Below, in pieces: positions 8,797 to 19,016 of a stretch of 35,473 bases of DNA. The stretch is from Puniceicoccales bacterium (GTDB lineage: Bacteria; Verrucomicrobiota; Verrucomicrobiia; Opitutales; JAIRKQ01). Within the stretch, counting starts at the first letter, position 1; each line of letters begins with the position of its first letter. Position numbers and translations under genes: made by a program. The notes beneath the pieces are model-generated. The model saw only the letters and a list, made by a program, of their open reading frames with translations. It did not search any database and had not been told where the DNA came from. Location of the stretch: the NCBI GenBank assembly GCA_031279395.1, contig JAITIO010000042.1, forward strand, positions 1-35,473. Reading direction: 5' to 3'.

Positions 8797-9288
8797 AATG
8801 TTCCCAGCCAAGCCGTTAGTTTTTGTCATATATTCTGCCATTTTTTCCATAAAATAATCGTGTCCATATTGGCTATTCCGTATGTTCAGTGAAAGTTCCG
8901 TAAAGGTGTCCATAACTAGGAAATTCGAAGAAGACATAAAGCAAATATTGTTATTCGGTTGTGTCTTTTTTGCAATTCGTTCAACCAAGGAATCATCTCC
9001 GTACATTATCGTAAATAAACAATCATCGTTAATGGCAGCTCCCATTTGTTTCAAAGAGTCTAGTATTGCATCGATGGCAAAATCCAGGTTGGTAAAATTC
9101 GGCAAACACCACTTATAGACTTTGGCAAAGGAAAAATTTCTTTCACAGGATGTTTTTTCGTCCACCAACAAAAGTATGGCATCAAATTGCCCCATAAGGT
9201 ATGTTTCATTGATGGCAAGGGTTGTGTTTTGATCAATGGATCCATCAATATTCGGCAGTAAAATAGGCGAAATGACTAGAATGTTCAT
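8710..9288 (-). CDS. Hypothetical protein (about 192 aa from ATG 9288)
   Basis: This is the only protein-like ORF filling the 595-nt gap between the SBP gene and the secretin gene. The ORF-track version (to 9627) would overlap the secretin signal-peptide region, so I use the internal ATG at 9288. Its 3' end overlaps the convergent SBP gene by 87 nt. I recognise no family. Confidence 0.4.
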   Translation of the reverse strand: MNILVISPILLPNIDGSIDQNTTLAINETYLMGQFDAILLLVDEKTSCERNFSFAKVYKWCLPNFTNLDFAIDAILDSLKQMGAAINDDCLFTIMYGDDSLVERIAKKTQPNNNICFMSSSNFLVMDTFTELSLNIRNSQYGHDYFMEKMAEYMTKTNGLAGNISAGKVNKFKWMHVHWIGKPPPQGFSYQK

Positions 9289-9391
9289 AGGTGGGATACC
9301 TACGTTAAACGAGCGATCAGACAAGAATTTTTTGTAAACAACAATTTGTTTTGCATATGCGGAAACTTTTTGTACGCTTTCTTTAGCAAGA

Positions 9392-11377
9392 ATGGGATCG
9401 AAAAAGGTTGGATTTTGTGCATTGATCTTGGTGGCTACTTTGTCGTTACCTGTCGAATCTTCCTTGAATAACATCGGAGAATTGCAGCGAAAAATATTCA
9501 TCCAATCCACCCAATTTGATTCCAGCAATCCAATGCCAGAAATAACGACGGAAATAAATTTAACAGACCTGGGGACACCTCCCATGATCAAATCAACGAA
9601 AAAAAAGATCAATGTCTCATTTTTCAACGACGAAAATACCTTTCACCGGGCCACTCGAAAGAAATTGCTAGAAGAAGTCGAAGCAAATTGGCAAACGTCC
9701 ACACCAAAAGATCCGATTTTAGACAACCATTCGGCCACCGATTTATATGAAAACACGCTTTTTGAAAGGGCAAATAGAATTATCATTCCCCGAGTGAGAT
9801 TCATAGATACCCCTCTGGTACGGGTGATTGAATCCTTGGCCAATCTGGCGGAGGTCAATGATCCCACCATCGATAATAATGGAAATGGAATAAACATCGT
9901 GCTGCTTGGAATGGAAAGTGTGGGAAATGAACCGATGGTGAATTTGAATTTGAAAAACATTTCTTTCTACCGTTTAGTTGAATTGATCGCCCAATCGGTT
10001 TCCTATCAATTTGATATCACCAAGGATACGATCATTATTTACAAGCGTAACCTAACCGAAGGCATATTAGATACACAATTTTTCCCCATATCCCGCGCAA
10101 CTCTGGTCCGACTGACAGGTATTCAAGGCATAAATCATCACATATACAACGCCCCGGGTTCCCCGGAAAATGTTGCCGACGAAGAACATGCCATAAAAGA
10201 ATTTTTTCAACGGGCAGGAATAAATTTCACGGATGTTGCCGGTAGTAGTTTAGCATTCGACGGTTCCCAGATAATAGTTACCAATACGGGAAGAAATTTA
10301 AGAAAAATTAGCAACATACTTCAAAAATACTCCGAAGTTAAACAGGTTGAAATCGAGACAAAATTTCTGGAAATTCAACAGGGAGTGCTCGATGAGTTGG
10401 GCATTCGCTGGCAATTAGGAAGTAAAAATGCGGATAATAAAATATTTTTTCAAACTGGGAAAACCGTTGACAATTTACGGCATGATAATCTACGCACCCT
10501 AGTAGAAACATTCGCATCTACAAATTTTTCAAGGGGGGATGGCAAAATAGTTGGATCCAATCTAGAAGCCAGTCCCATTGCCTTGTCGAACCAACCGCCC
10601 GGACTTCCAGGGCAAATAAACCTGGGCGCATCAGCCACACCCCTGACGAATTTTACCGGTGTATTAAATAGCCTACAGTGCAACGTTATGATCCAAGCGT
10701 TGGAACAGCATGCGGGGTCGGATCTTATGAGTGCTCCAAAACTGACGGTGCTTTCCGGAAAGACGGCAAAAATTGTCATAGCCATGGAATTACGCTATCC
10801 TCAGAGCTATGGGGATACACATTCCGAAGTCGGTACGGGGTATTCCGGATTAGGCGCGTCGAGTTCCGCTGGAGTGACGATAACGGCTGGTACACCGCAA
10901 AATTTTACCACACGCAACGTTGGTGTGGAAATGAGTGTAACTCCCATCGTCGAAATGGATGGTAGCATCAGTTTGCAGCTTGAACCAAAGGTCACCGAAT
11001 TCGAAGGGTTTGTTGAATATGGTGGAGTAAATGTTGCCGTGACGTCAGGCAATACGGTCACCATTCCATCCGGATTTTATCAGCCGATATTTTCAACTCG
11101 AGAAATCCACACGGAGGTTAATGTTTTCGATGGAGCAACCGTTGTCATGGGCGGTCTAACCCGTGAAGAAGTGAAAGAGGTAAACGACAAAGTCCCCATA
11201 TTGGGAAACATTCCCCTGCTCGGTAAATTGTTTAGATCGAAAAGTGAAACCATTCAGAAACGAAACCTGTTGATTTTTGTCACTGCCCACACCATCTCAC
11301 CCTTGGGAAACAAGAAATTGCTACCCAACGGGGAACAATCCCCGAGCCAAATAGTTCCGATCAAAAACTCAAGGTGA
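9392..11377 (+). CDS. Secretin-family outer-membrane channel (GspD/PilQ/SctC superfamily)
   Basis: 661 aa. Signal peptide MGSKKVGFCALILVATLSLPVESS. N-domain repeats (IIPRVRFIDTPLVRVIESL...; QIIVTNTGRNLRKISNILQKYSE). Secretin core (VEIETKFLEIQQGVLDELGIRW; DLMSAPKLTVLSGKTAKI). C-terminal KVPILGNIPLLGKLFRSKSETIQKRNLLIFVTAHTI. Confidence 0.9.
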   Translation: MGSKKVGFCALILVATLSLPVESSLNNIGELQRKIFIQSTQFDSSNPMPEITTEINLTDLGTPPMIKSTKKKINVSFFNDENTFHRATRKKLLEEVEANWQTSTPKDPILDNHSATDLYENTLFERANRIIIPRVRFIDTPLVRVIESLANLAEVNDPTIDNNGNGINIVLLGMESVGNEPMVNLNLKNISFYRLVELIAQSVSYQFDITKDTIIIYKRNLTEGILDTQFFPISRATLVRLTGIQGINHHIYNAPGSPENVADEEHAIKEFFQRAGINFTDVAGSSLAFDGSQIIVTNTGRNLRKISNILQKYSEVKQVEIETKFLEIQQGVLDELGIRWQLGSKNADNKIFFQTGKTVDNLRHDNLRTLVETFASTNFSRGDGKIVGSNLEASPIALSNQPPGLPGQINLGASATPLTNFTGVLNSLQCNVMIQALEQHAGSDLMSAPKLTVLSGKTAKIVIAMELRYPQSYGDTHSEVGTGYSGLGASSSAGVTITAGTPQNFTTRNVGVEMSVTPIVEMDGSISLQLEPKVTEFEGFVEYGGVNVAVTSGNTVTIPSGFYQPIFSTREIHTEVNVFDGATVVMGGLTREEVKEVNDKVPILGNIPLLGKLFRSKSETIQKRNLLIFVTAHTISPLGNKKLLPNGEQSPSQIVPIKNSR

Positions 11378-11533
11378 TATTTTGCCGAACGGTGTCACAA
11401 AGGAACACACTATCCCATCGATTTTTGGCAAAAAAAGTCTCCAATCAGTTCGACATCGGTACGTTGTAAAAGTTTTGCCGCAACAAAACATTGTGCTTGA
11501 CTTGGGATGGTAATTATGAAATTTAATACACCC

Positions 11534-13066
11534 ATGTTATCCACGGTTTTCTCCTGTGCATTGCGAGGCATTGACGCTGTTAATATTGCCGTTGAGGTCA
11601 ATTCCGGAGAGCGAGGAGATTTGAAATTTATAATCGTTGGGTTACCTGATACGGCCATAAAAGAATCCTGTGACAGGATATTTTCTGCACTTGTAAATAG
11701 CGGATATGCCATTCCCTATACCAGAACGACCGTAAACTTGGCACCTTCGTATATCAGAAAAGAAGGATCTTTCTACGACCTGCCCATTGCACTCGGTGTA
11801 ATTCAGAGTACGGGTCAGTCTTACATCCATAATTTGAGTGAGTTCATAGTCGCTGGCGAACTGGGGCTCTCTGGGAAAATTCGAGAAATCAAAGGCGGTC
11901 TTACCTTTGCCATAAAAGCAAAAAAAGAGAGGAAAAAATTACTATTGCCCGTGAAGGCTGCCCAGGAAGCATCGTTTGTCGATGGTGTAGAAATTTTCGC
12001 AGTGAGTAATCTAAATGAAGCGGTTAAATTTCTGGCTGGCCAAATAAAATTAGACCCCCTGGAACACAAAAATTTTCTTACCCTACTAAAAAATGAAGAC
12101 CGCCTAGACTTTTCCGAAGTAAAAGGCCAAGAAAGTTTACGCAGAGCCGTAGAAATAGCCGTTGCCGGAGCCCATAATATTCTAATGATCGGACCTCCTG
12201 GCGCCGGAAAATCGATGATTGCCAAACGTATCCCAAGCATAATGCCCATGCTCGCCTTCGATGAATTCTTGGAAACGATGAGTATTTATTCGGCGGCAGG
12301 ATTACTCATGGCAGAAAAAAATTCCCATTTCGAACGTCCATTTCGGTCTCCCCACCACACGATTAGCAACGCAGGTTTACTGGGAGGAGGCAGCATCCCA
12401 TGTCCAGGAGAGATTTCACTGGCACACAACGGGGTATTGTTTTTGGATGAGCTATCGGAATTTCGCCGCACAACCCTAGAATCTTTGCGCCAACCACTGG
12501 AAGATGGCAGCGTGACGATTTCCAGGAGTTCCGGAAAGGTAAAATTTCCATGCCGAACGATGATTGTTGGAGCAATGAATCCGTGCCCATGTGGATATTT
12601 GGGGGATAAGACGCACAGGTGCAAATGTAGCCACCTGGACATTCGACGGTATAGGTCCCGCATCAGTGGACCAATGATGGATAGATTCGACATGCAGATA
12701 AACGTTCTTGCCGTTCCGATTGAAGATATTCAGTCAAAAAAATTTTCCGAATCATCCATGAACATACGGGTTCGCGTAGAAAAAGCATCAAAAATTCAAA
12801 CGGAACGTTTCAAATCTTCGCAAAATGGGCGTAATGCCCACATGTCCCACGGCGAAGTGGTGAAATTTTGCAAGGTCGATGAGGAATCTTCTGACCTGTT
12901 GGCAACGGCCATGAGACAATTGGGCCTTTCCGCCAGGGCATACGATAAAATTTTAAAAGTTAGTCGCACAATCGCAGATTTGGAATGTGAAGAGAAAATT
13001 TTATCGCATCACATTTTAGAATCCATTCAGTATCGCTCATTGGAGATGATCATAGATGGAAGATAG
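11534..13066 (+). CDS. comM: ComM/YifB Mg-chelatase-like AAA+ protein
   Basis: Lon-protease-like N-domain, Walker [20 protein letters not shown], a C4 cluster NPCPCGY...CKC, and a C-terminal [18 protein letters not shown]. The start is chosen at MLSTVFS (ATG 11534); the ORF track begins at 11507. Confidence 0.9.
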   Translation: MLSTVFSCALRGIDAVNIAVEVNSGERGDLKFIIVGLPDTAIKESCDRIFSALVNSGYAIPYTRTTVNLAPSYIRKEGSFYDLPIALGVIQSTGQSYIHNLSEFIVAGELGLSGKIREIKGGLTFAIKAKKERKKLLLPVKAAQEASFVDGVEIFAVSNLNEAVKFLAGQIKLDPLEHKNFLTLLKNEDRLDFSEVKGQESLRRAVEIAVAGAHNILMIGPPGAGKSMIAKRIPSIMPMLAFDEFLETMSIYSAAGLLMAEKNSHFERPFRSPHHTISNAGLLGGGSIPCPGEISLAHNGVLFLDELSEFRRTTLESLRQPLEDGSVTISRSSGKVKFPCRTMIVGAMNPCPCGYLGDKTHRCKCSHLDIRRYRSRISGPMMDRFDMQINVLAVPIEDIQSKKFSESSMNIRVRVEKASKIQTERFKSSQNGRNAHMSHGEVVKFCKVDEESSDLLATAMRQLGLSARAYDKILKVSRTIADLECEEKILSHHILESIQYRSLEMIIDGR

Positions 13067-13143
13067 GATGGTTCTTTTGCCAGGAAAAGTCAAAGTTGTT
13101 CCACTTTCGTGGATTTGAATAGCAAAGTTGCTCGCAATATCGT

Positions 13144-13638
13144 TTACCTGCCATTGGAATTGCGCATTTGGGAAGCAATTGCACGCTCCGTTTCTCGGAA
13201 AGCTTCTTTCTTTTTTAAGATTTCACGCTTGTCAAAAAGTTTTTTACCTTTGCAAATGGCAATGTTTACCTTTACAAGACCACCTTTAAAAAAGATTTTC
13301 AGTGGCAAAACTGACATTTTTTCACGTTCCATGGCAAACAAAAGTTTTCTTATTTCGCTGGAGTGGAGTAAAAGTTTCCGTGGACGCGTACAATTATATT
13401 CATCTGGTTCACAAAATTTGTACTCTGCAATGTTTACGTTATATAAAAACAGCTCCCCTGCCCGATTGGGACGAACGAAGGAATCGCTGATTTGCGCATG
13501 GCCCATGCGTAGGGATTTTACTTCCGGTCCGAGTAAAACAATGCCCGCTTCAAACTTTTCTCCAACGAAGTAATCGTGAAAAATCTTCTTGTTACGGATT
13601 TCACAGGTACCTTTACTTGGGTTTGTGGATTTTTTCAC
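13144..13638 (-). CDS. smpB: SsrA-binding protein SmpB
   Basis: 164 aa. HDYFVGEKFEAGIVLLGPEVKSLR, RPRKLLLHSSEIRKL and KGKKLFDKRE are classic SmpB motifs. Confidence 0.9.
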   Translation of the reverse strand: MKKSTNPSKGTCEIRNKKIFHDYFVGEKFEAGIVLLGPEVKSLRMGHAQISDSFVRPNRAGELFLYNVNIAEYKFCEPDEYNCTRPRKLLLHSSEIRKLLFAMEREKMSVLPLKIFFKGGLVKVNIAICKGKKLFDKREILKKKEAFRETERAIASQMRNSNGR

Positions 13639-13647
13639 AACCTTGAA

Positions 13648-13884
13648 TCATTTATTTGCGAAAACATTATCAGCCGATCTCACTTGATCCGAATATAACT
13701 CATAGGAAATTTTACCTTCTATTATCTCCTTCAATACGACATCTTCCATGTCGAGTTTCTCCAGTGAATCAACCAGAGGTTTAGAACCCGCCTTTAGCTG
13801 TTTAACCCGTCTGGACACAACATTTATTAAAATATTAGGCTCCCTAATAATTGCAGAGGCTGCCTTCAAATAATCGTTTCTCAT
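13648..13884 (-). CDS. rpoZ: DNA-directed RNA polymerase omega subunit
   Basis: 78 aa. NILINVVSRRVKQLKAGSKPLV...VVLKEIIEGKISYE matches the RpoZ pattern. Confidence 0.7.
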   Translation of the reverse strand: MRNDYLKAASAIIREPNILINVVSRRVKQLKAGSKPLVDSLEKLDMEDVVLKEIIEGKISYELYSDQVRSADNVFANK

Positions 13885-13987
13885 GAAAAGCTTTTATCAA
13901 AAATCAGTAAAAAATAACATATGAAGGAAAGTCAACGTTTAATGTTGTATTTTTTAGAAAAATCAACTCATAGTAGACCGTTCACAT

Positions 13988-15241
13988 ATGACACCTCCGA
14001 CGAATAAATATGTACCGTTAGTTCTTTCATTTTTCCTATCATGTTTTCTCATAATTTTCGGGCTACCAGGGCAGAGCGTCGCCATTGGAGCGATAACCGA
14101 CTCAATACTGGCAAATACTGGATTATCTCGCAATGTTTTTAGCATACTTTACACCTGTTCCACCATAACGGGATGTTTTTTGCTATTGCCTGGAGGGTTC
14201 CTCGTAGACAAAATTGGCATTCGCAGGACAACGTTATTTGCCCTATCGGTGTGCACCGTGGTATTTTTTGCATTGGGAAATACCCAATTCTTATGTACGA
14301 AGATTTCAAATTCTCCTATCATTCGTTTTTGGTTTACGACAGCATTTTTGTATTTTAATCTGTCTGTTTTGCGATGTTTTGGCCCAAATATGTTTCCCAT
14401 GCTGGGGCGTATGCAAATTGCAAAAGCCTTTGGGAAAGCACCAGGAATTGCCGTTGGATTAAGCGGAGCACTTTTTTCCATCGCGACAGGATATTGGCCC
14501 AGCATAATGCGGTTTTTGGCAAAAAATGAAAATTGGCAAAATGCGTACAAAACGTTGGGCATTATCGGTTGTGTCCTGCTAGTAATATTTTCTATGCTAT
14601 TCTATGACATTAAACCCGAATGTACAACATCTGTCCAAAATTCTAAACCACCGAAGTACTCGGCCATAACATCCCAAAAAGAATTCTTACGACTTCCGAT
14701 CTTTTGGGGTTTGATGTCAATTCTATGCCTGACCTCATTCGTCGGGACTGGAGTTACGGTACACATTTGCGATATTTTTCAAAAAAATGGGATTGATCCC
14801 CTAGTCGCCATAAACAGCTATAGATATATGGGATATGGTATCGTATTTGCGGGACTGCTATTTGGACATCAAATTGATAAAAATAGAGTCAAAACATGCC
14901 TATTGATGTTACTTTTTTCACAATTTTTCGGGTTAGTCGGCTTGAAGATTGCACATACTACTTTCGGATTGACTGCATATATCGTTGGCACGGGGTGTTT
15001 TTGGGGAGGATACGGTATCATTAGGCAAGTGATATGGTCGAAAATATTCAGAGGAAAGGATACGGGGACCATCCTTAGCGTAGCATATTGTACCTCAACG
15101 GTTGCTGGAGCGATAGGAGTATCCTTTCTCAGCTTTGCCAAGACCCTAGGGGGATCATACTTTTGTTTGGTTTATGCGGTAGAAAGCATGCTTTTATGCA
15201 TGATTTTTCTTACCATCGGAAAATTTCCCAAAACAGTTTAG
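13988..15241 (+). CDS. MFS transporter
   Basis: 417 aa with about 12 hydrophobic segments and the MFS loop motif GGFLVDKIGIRRT between TM2 and TM3. Confidence 0.75.
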   Translation: MTPPTNKYVPLVLSFFLSCFLIIFGLPGQSVAIGAITDSILANTGLSRNVFSILYTCSTITGCFLLLPGGFLVDKIGIRRTTLFALSVCTVVFFALGNTQFLCTKISNSPIIRFWFTTAFLYFNLSVLRCFGPNMFPMLGRMQIAKAFGKAPGIAVGLSGALFSIATGYWPSIMRFLAKNENWQNAYKTLGIIGCVLLVIFSMLFYDIKPECTTSVQNSKPPKYSAITSQKEFLRLPIFWGLMSILCLTSFVGTGVTVHICDIFQKNGIDPLVAINSYRYMGYGIVFAGLLFGHQIDKNRVKTCLLMLLFSQFFGLVGLKIAHTTFGLTAYIVGTGCFWGGYGIIRQVIWSKIFRGKDTGTILSVAYCTSTVAGAIGVSFLSFAKTLGGSYFCLVYAVESMLLCMIFLTIGKFPKTV

Positions 15242-15299
15242 GATCAGGGTCCATGAGATAAAAATATTTCCATTTATTTTAGATTTGAAACAATTTCAT

Positions 15300-15328
15300 T
15301 TGACTAGTTTTCAAAGAAAGATCATAAT
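15300..15328 (+). promoter_or_regulatory. Sigma70-like promoter candidate for the T3SS operon
   Basis: TTGACT (15300-15305), a 17-nt spacer, then CATAAT (15323-15328), about 64 nt upstream of the sctJ ATG at 15392. Confidence 0.4.
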
Positions 15329-15391
15329 ATTCGGGTGAATTATTTGAATAATGATGACCTAGAGGGGTTGGCAAATGTGGGAAGATTTACT

Positions 15392-16276
15392 ATGGAAAAG
15401 AATGGTTTTTGTAAAAATTTGTGCCTGTTTTTTTCATTATTTATGATGCTGATACTGGTTGGCTGCGGAAAAGTTGACTTGTTGTCAAATCTGCCGGAAG
15501 AGGAAGCAAATGAAATTGTTTCTTTGATGCAACAGCATCATATTTCTGTTGTCAAAAAACCTGGTTTGGAGCTAACATGGACCATTGTGCTGAAAAACTC
15601 CGATGAATTTTCTAAGGCGGAGAAAATTTTAAAAATCAATGGCTATCCCAGGGTACAATATAATACCATAGGGCAAGTTTTCCAGAAAAGCGGATTGGTA
15701 GCCTCTCCTCTGGAGGAAAAAGCAAGGTTCATGTATGCCCTGTCGGAAAGTGTTGCTTCGACGTTGAATAAAATTCCTGGGGTTTTGACGTCGCGCGTCC
15801 ACATAGTACTGCCAGAAAATGATCCCTATTCCGATGCAGATACCGAAGCATCGGCTGCCATATTTTTGACCTATAAGGTTGGTTCGAGTTTGGATGAATC
15901 CGTACGAGAAATCAAATATCTCGTAGCAAATAGTGTCCAGGGCTTGGACTACGATAGGGTATCGATCGCTTTGTTCCCGGTAGCGACTGAAGACAACACA
16001 ACCAACAATAGTAATTTCGATACAAATGTGAGTGTTTTGGGACTGCGAATGGCAAGTGATGCGGCGACAAAATTTCTTACCATAGTTATCGTCCTCAGTG
16101 TATTGCTACTGTGTAGCATAGGAGCTGCTGCATTTTTCTTCTTCGAATCCAGAAAAAGTAAAAAGGCAGCTGCGGCTTCTAAACCTACCATCAATAACCC
16201 CGTAGTCGTGCAGAACGATACGCAAAATGTTAGTGACCTTGATGAGGAACCGGAGACTACGCAAGAGGAAAAATAG
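15392..16276 (+). CDS. sctJ: T3SS inner-membrane ring lipoprotein SctJ (YscJ/HrcJ/PrgK family)
   Basis: Lipobox LILVGC, then LLSNLPEEEANEIVSLMQQHHISV...GLVASPLEEKARFMYALSESVASTLNKIPGVLTSRVHIVLPE and a C-terminal TM. The start is moved to ATG 15392, because the track's GTG 15335 lies only 7 nt after the -10 candidate. Confidence 0.9.
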   Translation: MEKNGFCKNLCLFFSLFMMLILVGCGKVDLLSNLPEEEANEIVSLMQQHHISVVKKPGLELTWTIVLKNSDEFSKAEKILKINGYPRVQYNTIGQVFQKSGLVASPLEEKARFMYALSESVASTLNKIPGVLTSRVHIVLPENDPYSDADTEASAAIFLTYKVGSSLDESVREIKYLVANSVQGLDYDRVSIALFPVATEDNTTNNSNFDTNVSVLGLRMASDAATKFLTIVIVLSVLLLCSIGAAAFFFFESRKSKKAAAASKPTINNPVVVQNDTQNVSDLDEEPETTQEEK

Positions 16277-16283
16277 ATAGGGA

Positions 16284-16970
16284 TTGCAAATGGTTGAAAT
16301 AGTTGAAAGTCTAAAAAACGTCATAACAGCCGATTTTCAATACTTCAAAAATTGGTATGATTTCAATTTTAATGTGGAAAAATACCTACCGGCCCAGGAG
16401 TTTGAAAAAGTCTTTAGGGTGTATGATAAAAATATTTTTAACATTCTTTTGACATCAAAGTGTGCCCAAACAGATTTTCGGAGAAATTTGTTAAAAATAC
16501 TGGGTTTGAAGGATTCCGTTGACTACGACGTTTGTGCAAGACCGGTAAAGTTGGTAATACACAACAAAGATCGTTTGGTCCGGGCAATGAAGGTGGCAGG
16601 AACCATATTTCATTATGGAGATGTAACAAAAATAATTGGCAAAAATGAATTAAATGCGCTGATAGAATTTATGGGACAGGAAGTCTATTCATTCATAGTT
16701 AAGAGGAGGATGGTTCTGTGGAAAATGTTGCCAAACTTAAAAGTTAAAACCGTAAAAATGCCACTCATTCAAAAGATCACCTCATCGGGCAAGTGCATAC
16801 TAAACAATGCCCTAGTCGGATTGCCCGACGAAGTAAAAAAAAGATTGGAATTGATGCTTGGCGAACATTTTGACATTCCTTCAGAATATGATGAAGCTAC
16901 GACAAATAAGTGTTTAGAGCTTATAGAATTCTCCCTGGAAAAATTAAATGACGAAAATCACACCGGATAA
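16284..16970 (+). CDS. Hypothetical protein, weakly SctK (YscK)-like by position and pattern
   Basis: It sits between sctJ and sctL, as sctK does in canonical loci. VAGTIFHYGDVTKIIGKNELNALIEFMGQEVYSFIV and KKRLELML resemble the YscK segments LVLHGEAIRR...LVNQETLRQII and KRLSLRL as I recall them. Confidence 0.5.
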   Translation: MQMVEIVESLKNVITADFQYFKNWYDFNFNVEKYLPAQEFEKVFRVYDKNIFNILLTSKCAQTDFRRNLLKILGLKDSVDYDVCARPVKLVIHNKDRLVRAMKVAGTIFHYGDVTKIIGKNELNALIEFMGQEVYSFIVKRRMVLWKMLPNLKVKTVKMPLIQKITSSGKCILNNALVGLPDEVKKRLELMLGEHFDIPSEYDEATTNKCLELIEFSLEKLNDENHTG

Positions 16971-17664
16971 TACTATGGGAATCGCAGATATTTACGAAAT
17001 TTCTATTGGCAGCTTTGACTTGAAGCAATCGGGAAAAATCTTGAAAGCCGAATCGTATGCCAATTTCATGGCTGGCAAAAACGTGCTCACTACGACAAAG
17101 AAGAAATGTGACGAGATTTTGCAAGAAGCCAGTCAAAAAAGCAATCAAATCATCAAGGATGCTGAAGCAAAAGCCAATGAGATAATCGAACAGGCAAAAC
17201 AAACAAAAAAACAGGAAGAAGAGCGAGGATATTCCGAAGGATTTGAAAATGGAAAGCAGCAAATCTCAAATGAGATGATGAACTTTGTTTCGAAGAGTGC
17301 GAACAGCTTTTCAAGACTCGAAGGAGATGTCGTCGAAGTTGTTAAATCTGCCCTCCGGAAAATTATCGGCAAAATTGACAAAACCGAATTGATTGTCAGT
17401 GTTGTAAGGAATTCATTGCAAAAAATTAAAACACAAAAACAGGCGACCCTAAAGGTTGCCCCCGGAGAAGCACAAGTATTGCGAGATAAGGTACAAGATT
17501 TAACCAAGGATACTCCTGTTTTGGAATTTTTAGACATCTGTGCCGACACACATCTTCAGCCCGGTTCATGTATTTTAGAAACTGAGTTGGGAGTAATAGA
17601 CGCAAGTATTCCCGTTCAATTAACTGCCATAGAAAATGCTTTATCAAAGGCGAAATCGCGATAG
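16948..17664 (+). CDS. sctL: T3SS stator protein SctL (FliH/YscL family)
   Basis: Charged coiled N-half ([31 protein letters not shown]). C-terminal [30 protein letters not shown] is typical of FliH/SctL. An alternative start is ATG 16975, just after the sctK-like stop. Confidence 0.8.
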   Translation: MTKITPDNTMGIADIYEISIGSFDLKQSGKILKAESYANFMAGKNVLTTTKKKCDEILQEASQKSNQIIKDAEAKANEIIEQAKQTKKQEEERGYSEGFENGKQQISNEMMNFVSKSANSFSRLEGDVVEVVKSALRKIIGKIDKTELIVSVVRNSLQKIKTQKQATLKVAPGEAQVLRDKVQDLTKDTPVLEFLDICADTHLQPGSCILETELGVIDASIPVQLTAIENALSKAKSR

Positions 17665-17666
17665 TT

Positions 17667-19016
17667 ATGGATAAGGAACAAGACAGTCATAATCCCTTTG
17701 GATACATAGCAGAACATCTCGAACAAGAGATAGAGGATTCTACCCTTGTCCAAGTCAAAGGAAAGGTCATTCAAGTTGTTGGTACGATCATAAAAGCATC
17801 CGTGCCAGGCGTTAAAATAGGGGAACTATGTCTTTTAAAAAACCCCTGGGAGGAAGCGGAATTGATGGCAGAAGTAGTAGGGTTCTCTCAACAGGCCACC
17901 ATTTTGACCCCGATTGGAGACATTCGTGGGGTTTCGTCAACTACGGAGGTAGTCCCAACCGGTAGAGTTCACATGGTTCCAGTGGGAGATAATTTGCTTG
18001 GTCGAGTAATAGATGGTTTGGGCCGTCCAATCGACGGGGATAAAAAGGGTCCCCTTGAAACTACAGATTTTTATCCGGTCTACAGTGATCCGCCAAACTC
18101 AATGCTGAGAAATCCCATCGACAAACCACTGGCGTTAGGTGTCCGGGCACTCGATGGACTACTGACCTGTGGTGAAGGCCAAAGGATGGGTATTTTTGCC
18201 GCCGCAGGGGGAGGTAAAAGTACACTTCTGGGACAAATTATCAGAAATACTGAGGCTGAAATTAATGTCCTTGCGCTAGTTGGGGAACGTGGCCGCGAGG
18301 TACGAGAGTTTGTGGAGAAAGATTTGGGTGAAGAAGGATTAAAGCGATCCGTTTTGGTCATTTCTACCTCTGACAGGTCATCGATGGAACGTCTAAAAGC
18401 AGCCTATGTTGCCACTGCCATAGCCGAATACTTTAGGGATAAGGGAAGGAGGGTGTTGCTTATGATGGATTCTGTTACCCGTTTTGCCCGTGCGCAACGC
18501 GAAATTGGGTTGGCAGCGGGAGAACCTCCCACCAGGCGTGGATTTCCTCCGTCTGTTTTCGAAATACTACCGAAATTAATGGAACGGGCAGGCCAGTCGG
18601 AAAAAGGATCAATTACAGCTTTGTATACCGTACTCGTAGAAGGAGATGATATGACGGAACCGATAGCAGATGAAACAAGATCCATATTGGACGGTCACAT
18701 CATCCTGTCAAGAAAACTAGCGGGGATGAATTATTATCCGGCCATAGATGTTCTATTGAGTGTTAGCCGCGTTTTTAACCAAATAACAGATGAACGGCAC
18801 AAAAAGGTTGCATCCAAGTTGAGGACAATTTTATCCAAATATCAGGAAGTTGAACTGTTGGTTAGAATTGGGGAATATAAGCGTGGTGCTGATAAGGTTA
18901 CCGATGAAGCAATTGATAAGATAGAAGCGGTTAATAATTTTTTGCGACAAGGATTACATGACCGCGATGATTTTAAGACGACAATAGATAAAATGGCACA
19001 AGCTGTTGGATTATAA
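17667..19016 (+). CDS. sctN: T3SS ATPase SctN
   Basis: 449 aa. Walker A AAGGGKST, Walker [13 protein letters not shown], and [35 protein letters not shown], in the F1/FliI/YscN family. ATG lies 2 nt after the sctL stop. Confidence 0.95.
   Translation: MDKEQDSHNPFGYIAEHLEQEIEDSTLVQVKGKVIQVVGTIIKASVPGVKIGELCLLKNPWEEAELMAEVVGFSQQATILTPIGDIRGVSSTTEVVPTGRVHMVPVGDNLLGRVIDGLGRPIDGDKKGPLETTDFYPVYSDPPNSMLRNPIDKPLALGVRALDGLLTCGEGQRMGIFAAAGGGKSTLLGQIIRNTEAEINVLALVGERGREVREFVEKDLGEEGLKRSVLVISTSDRSSMERLKAAYVATAIAEYFRDKGRRVLLMMDSVTRFARAQREIGLAAGEPPTRRGFPPSVFEILPKLMERAGQSEKGSITALYTVLVEGDDMTEPIADETRSILDGHIILSRKLAGMNYYPAIDVLLSVSRVFNQITDERHKKVASKLRTILSKYQEVELLVRIGEYKRGADKVTDEAIDKIEAVNNFLRQGLHDRDDFKTTIDKMAQAVGL

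Noticed and set aside
8710-9627. Full 305-aa version of the minus-strand ORF
   Set aside because: Its first 113 codons would overlap the secretin start and signal peptide by 235 nt. The hydrophobic N-terminal extension looks like an antisense artefact, so the internal ATG 9288 was preferred.
13639-13987. tmRNA (ssrA) next to smpB
   Set aside because: The flanks are occupied by rpoZ and a 103-nt promoter region. No tRNA-Ala-like acceptor/T-arm or tag reading frame is present.
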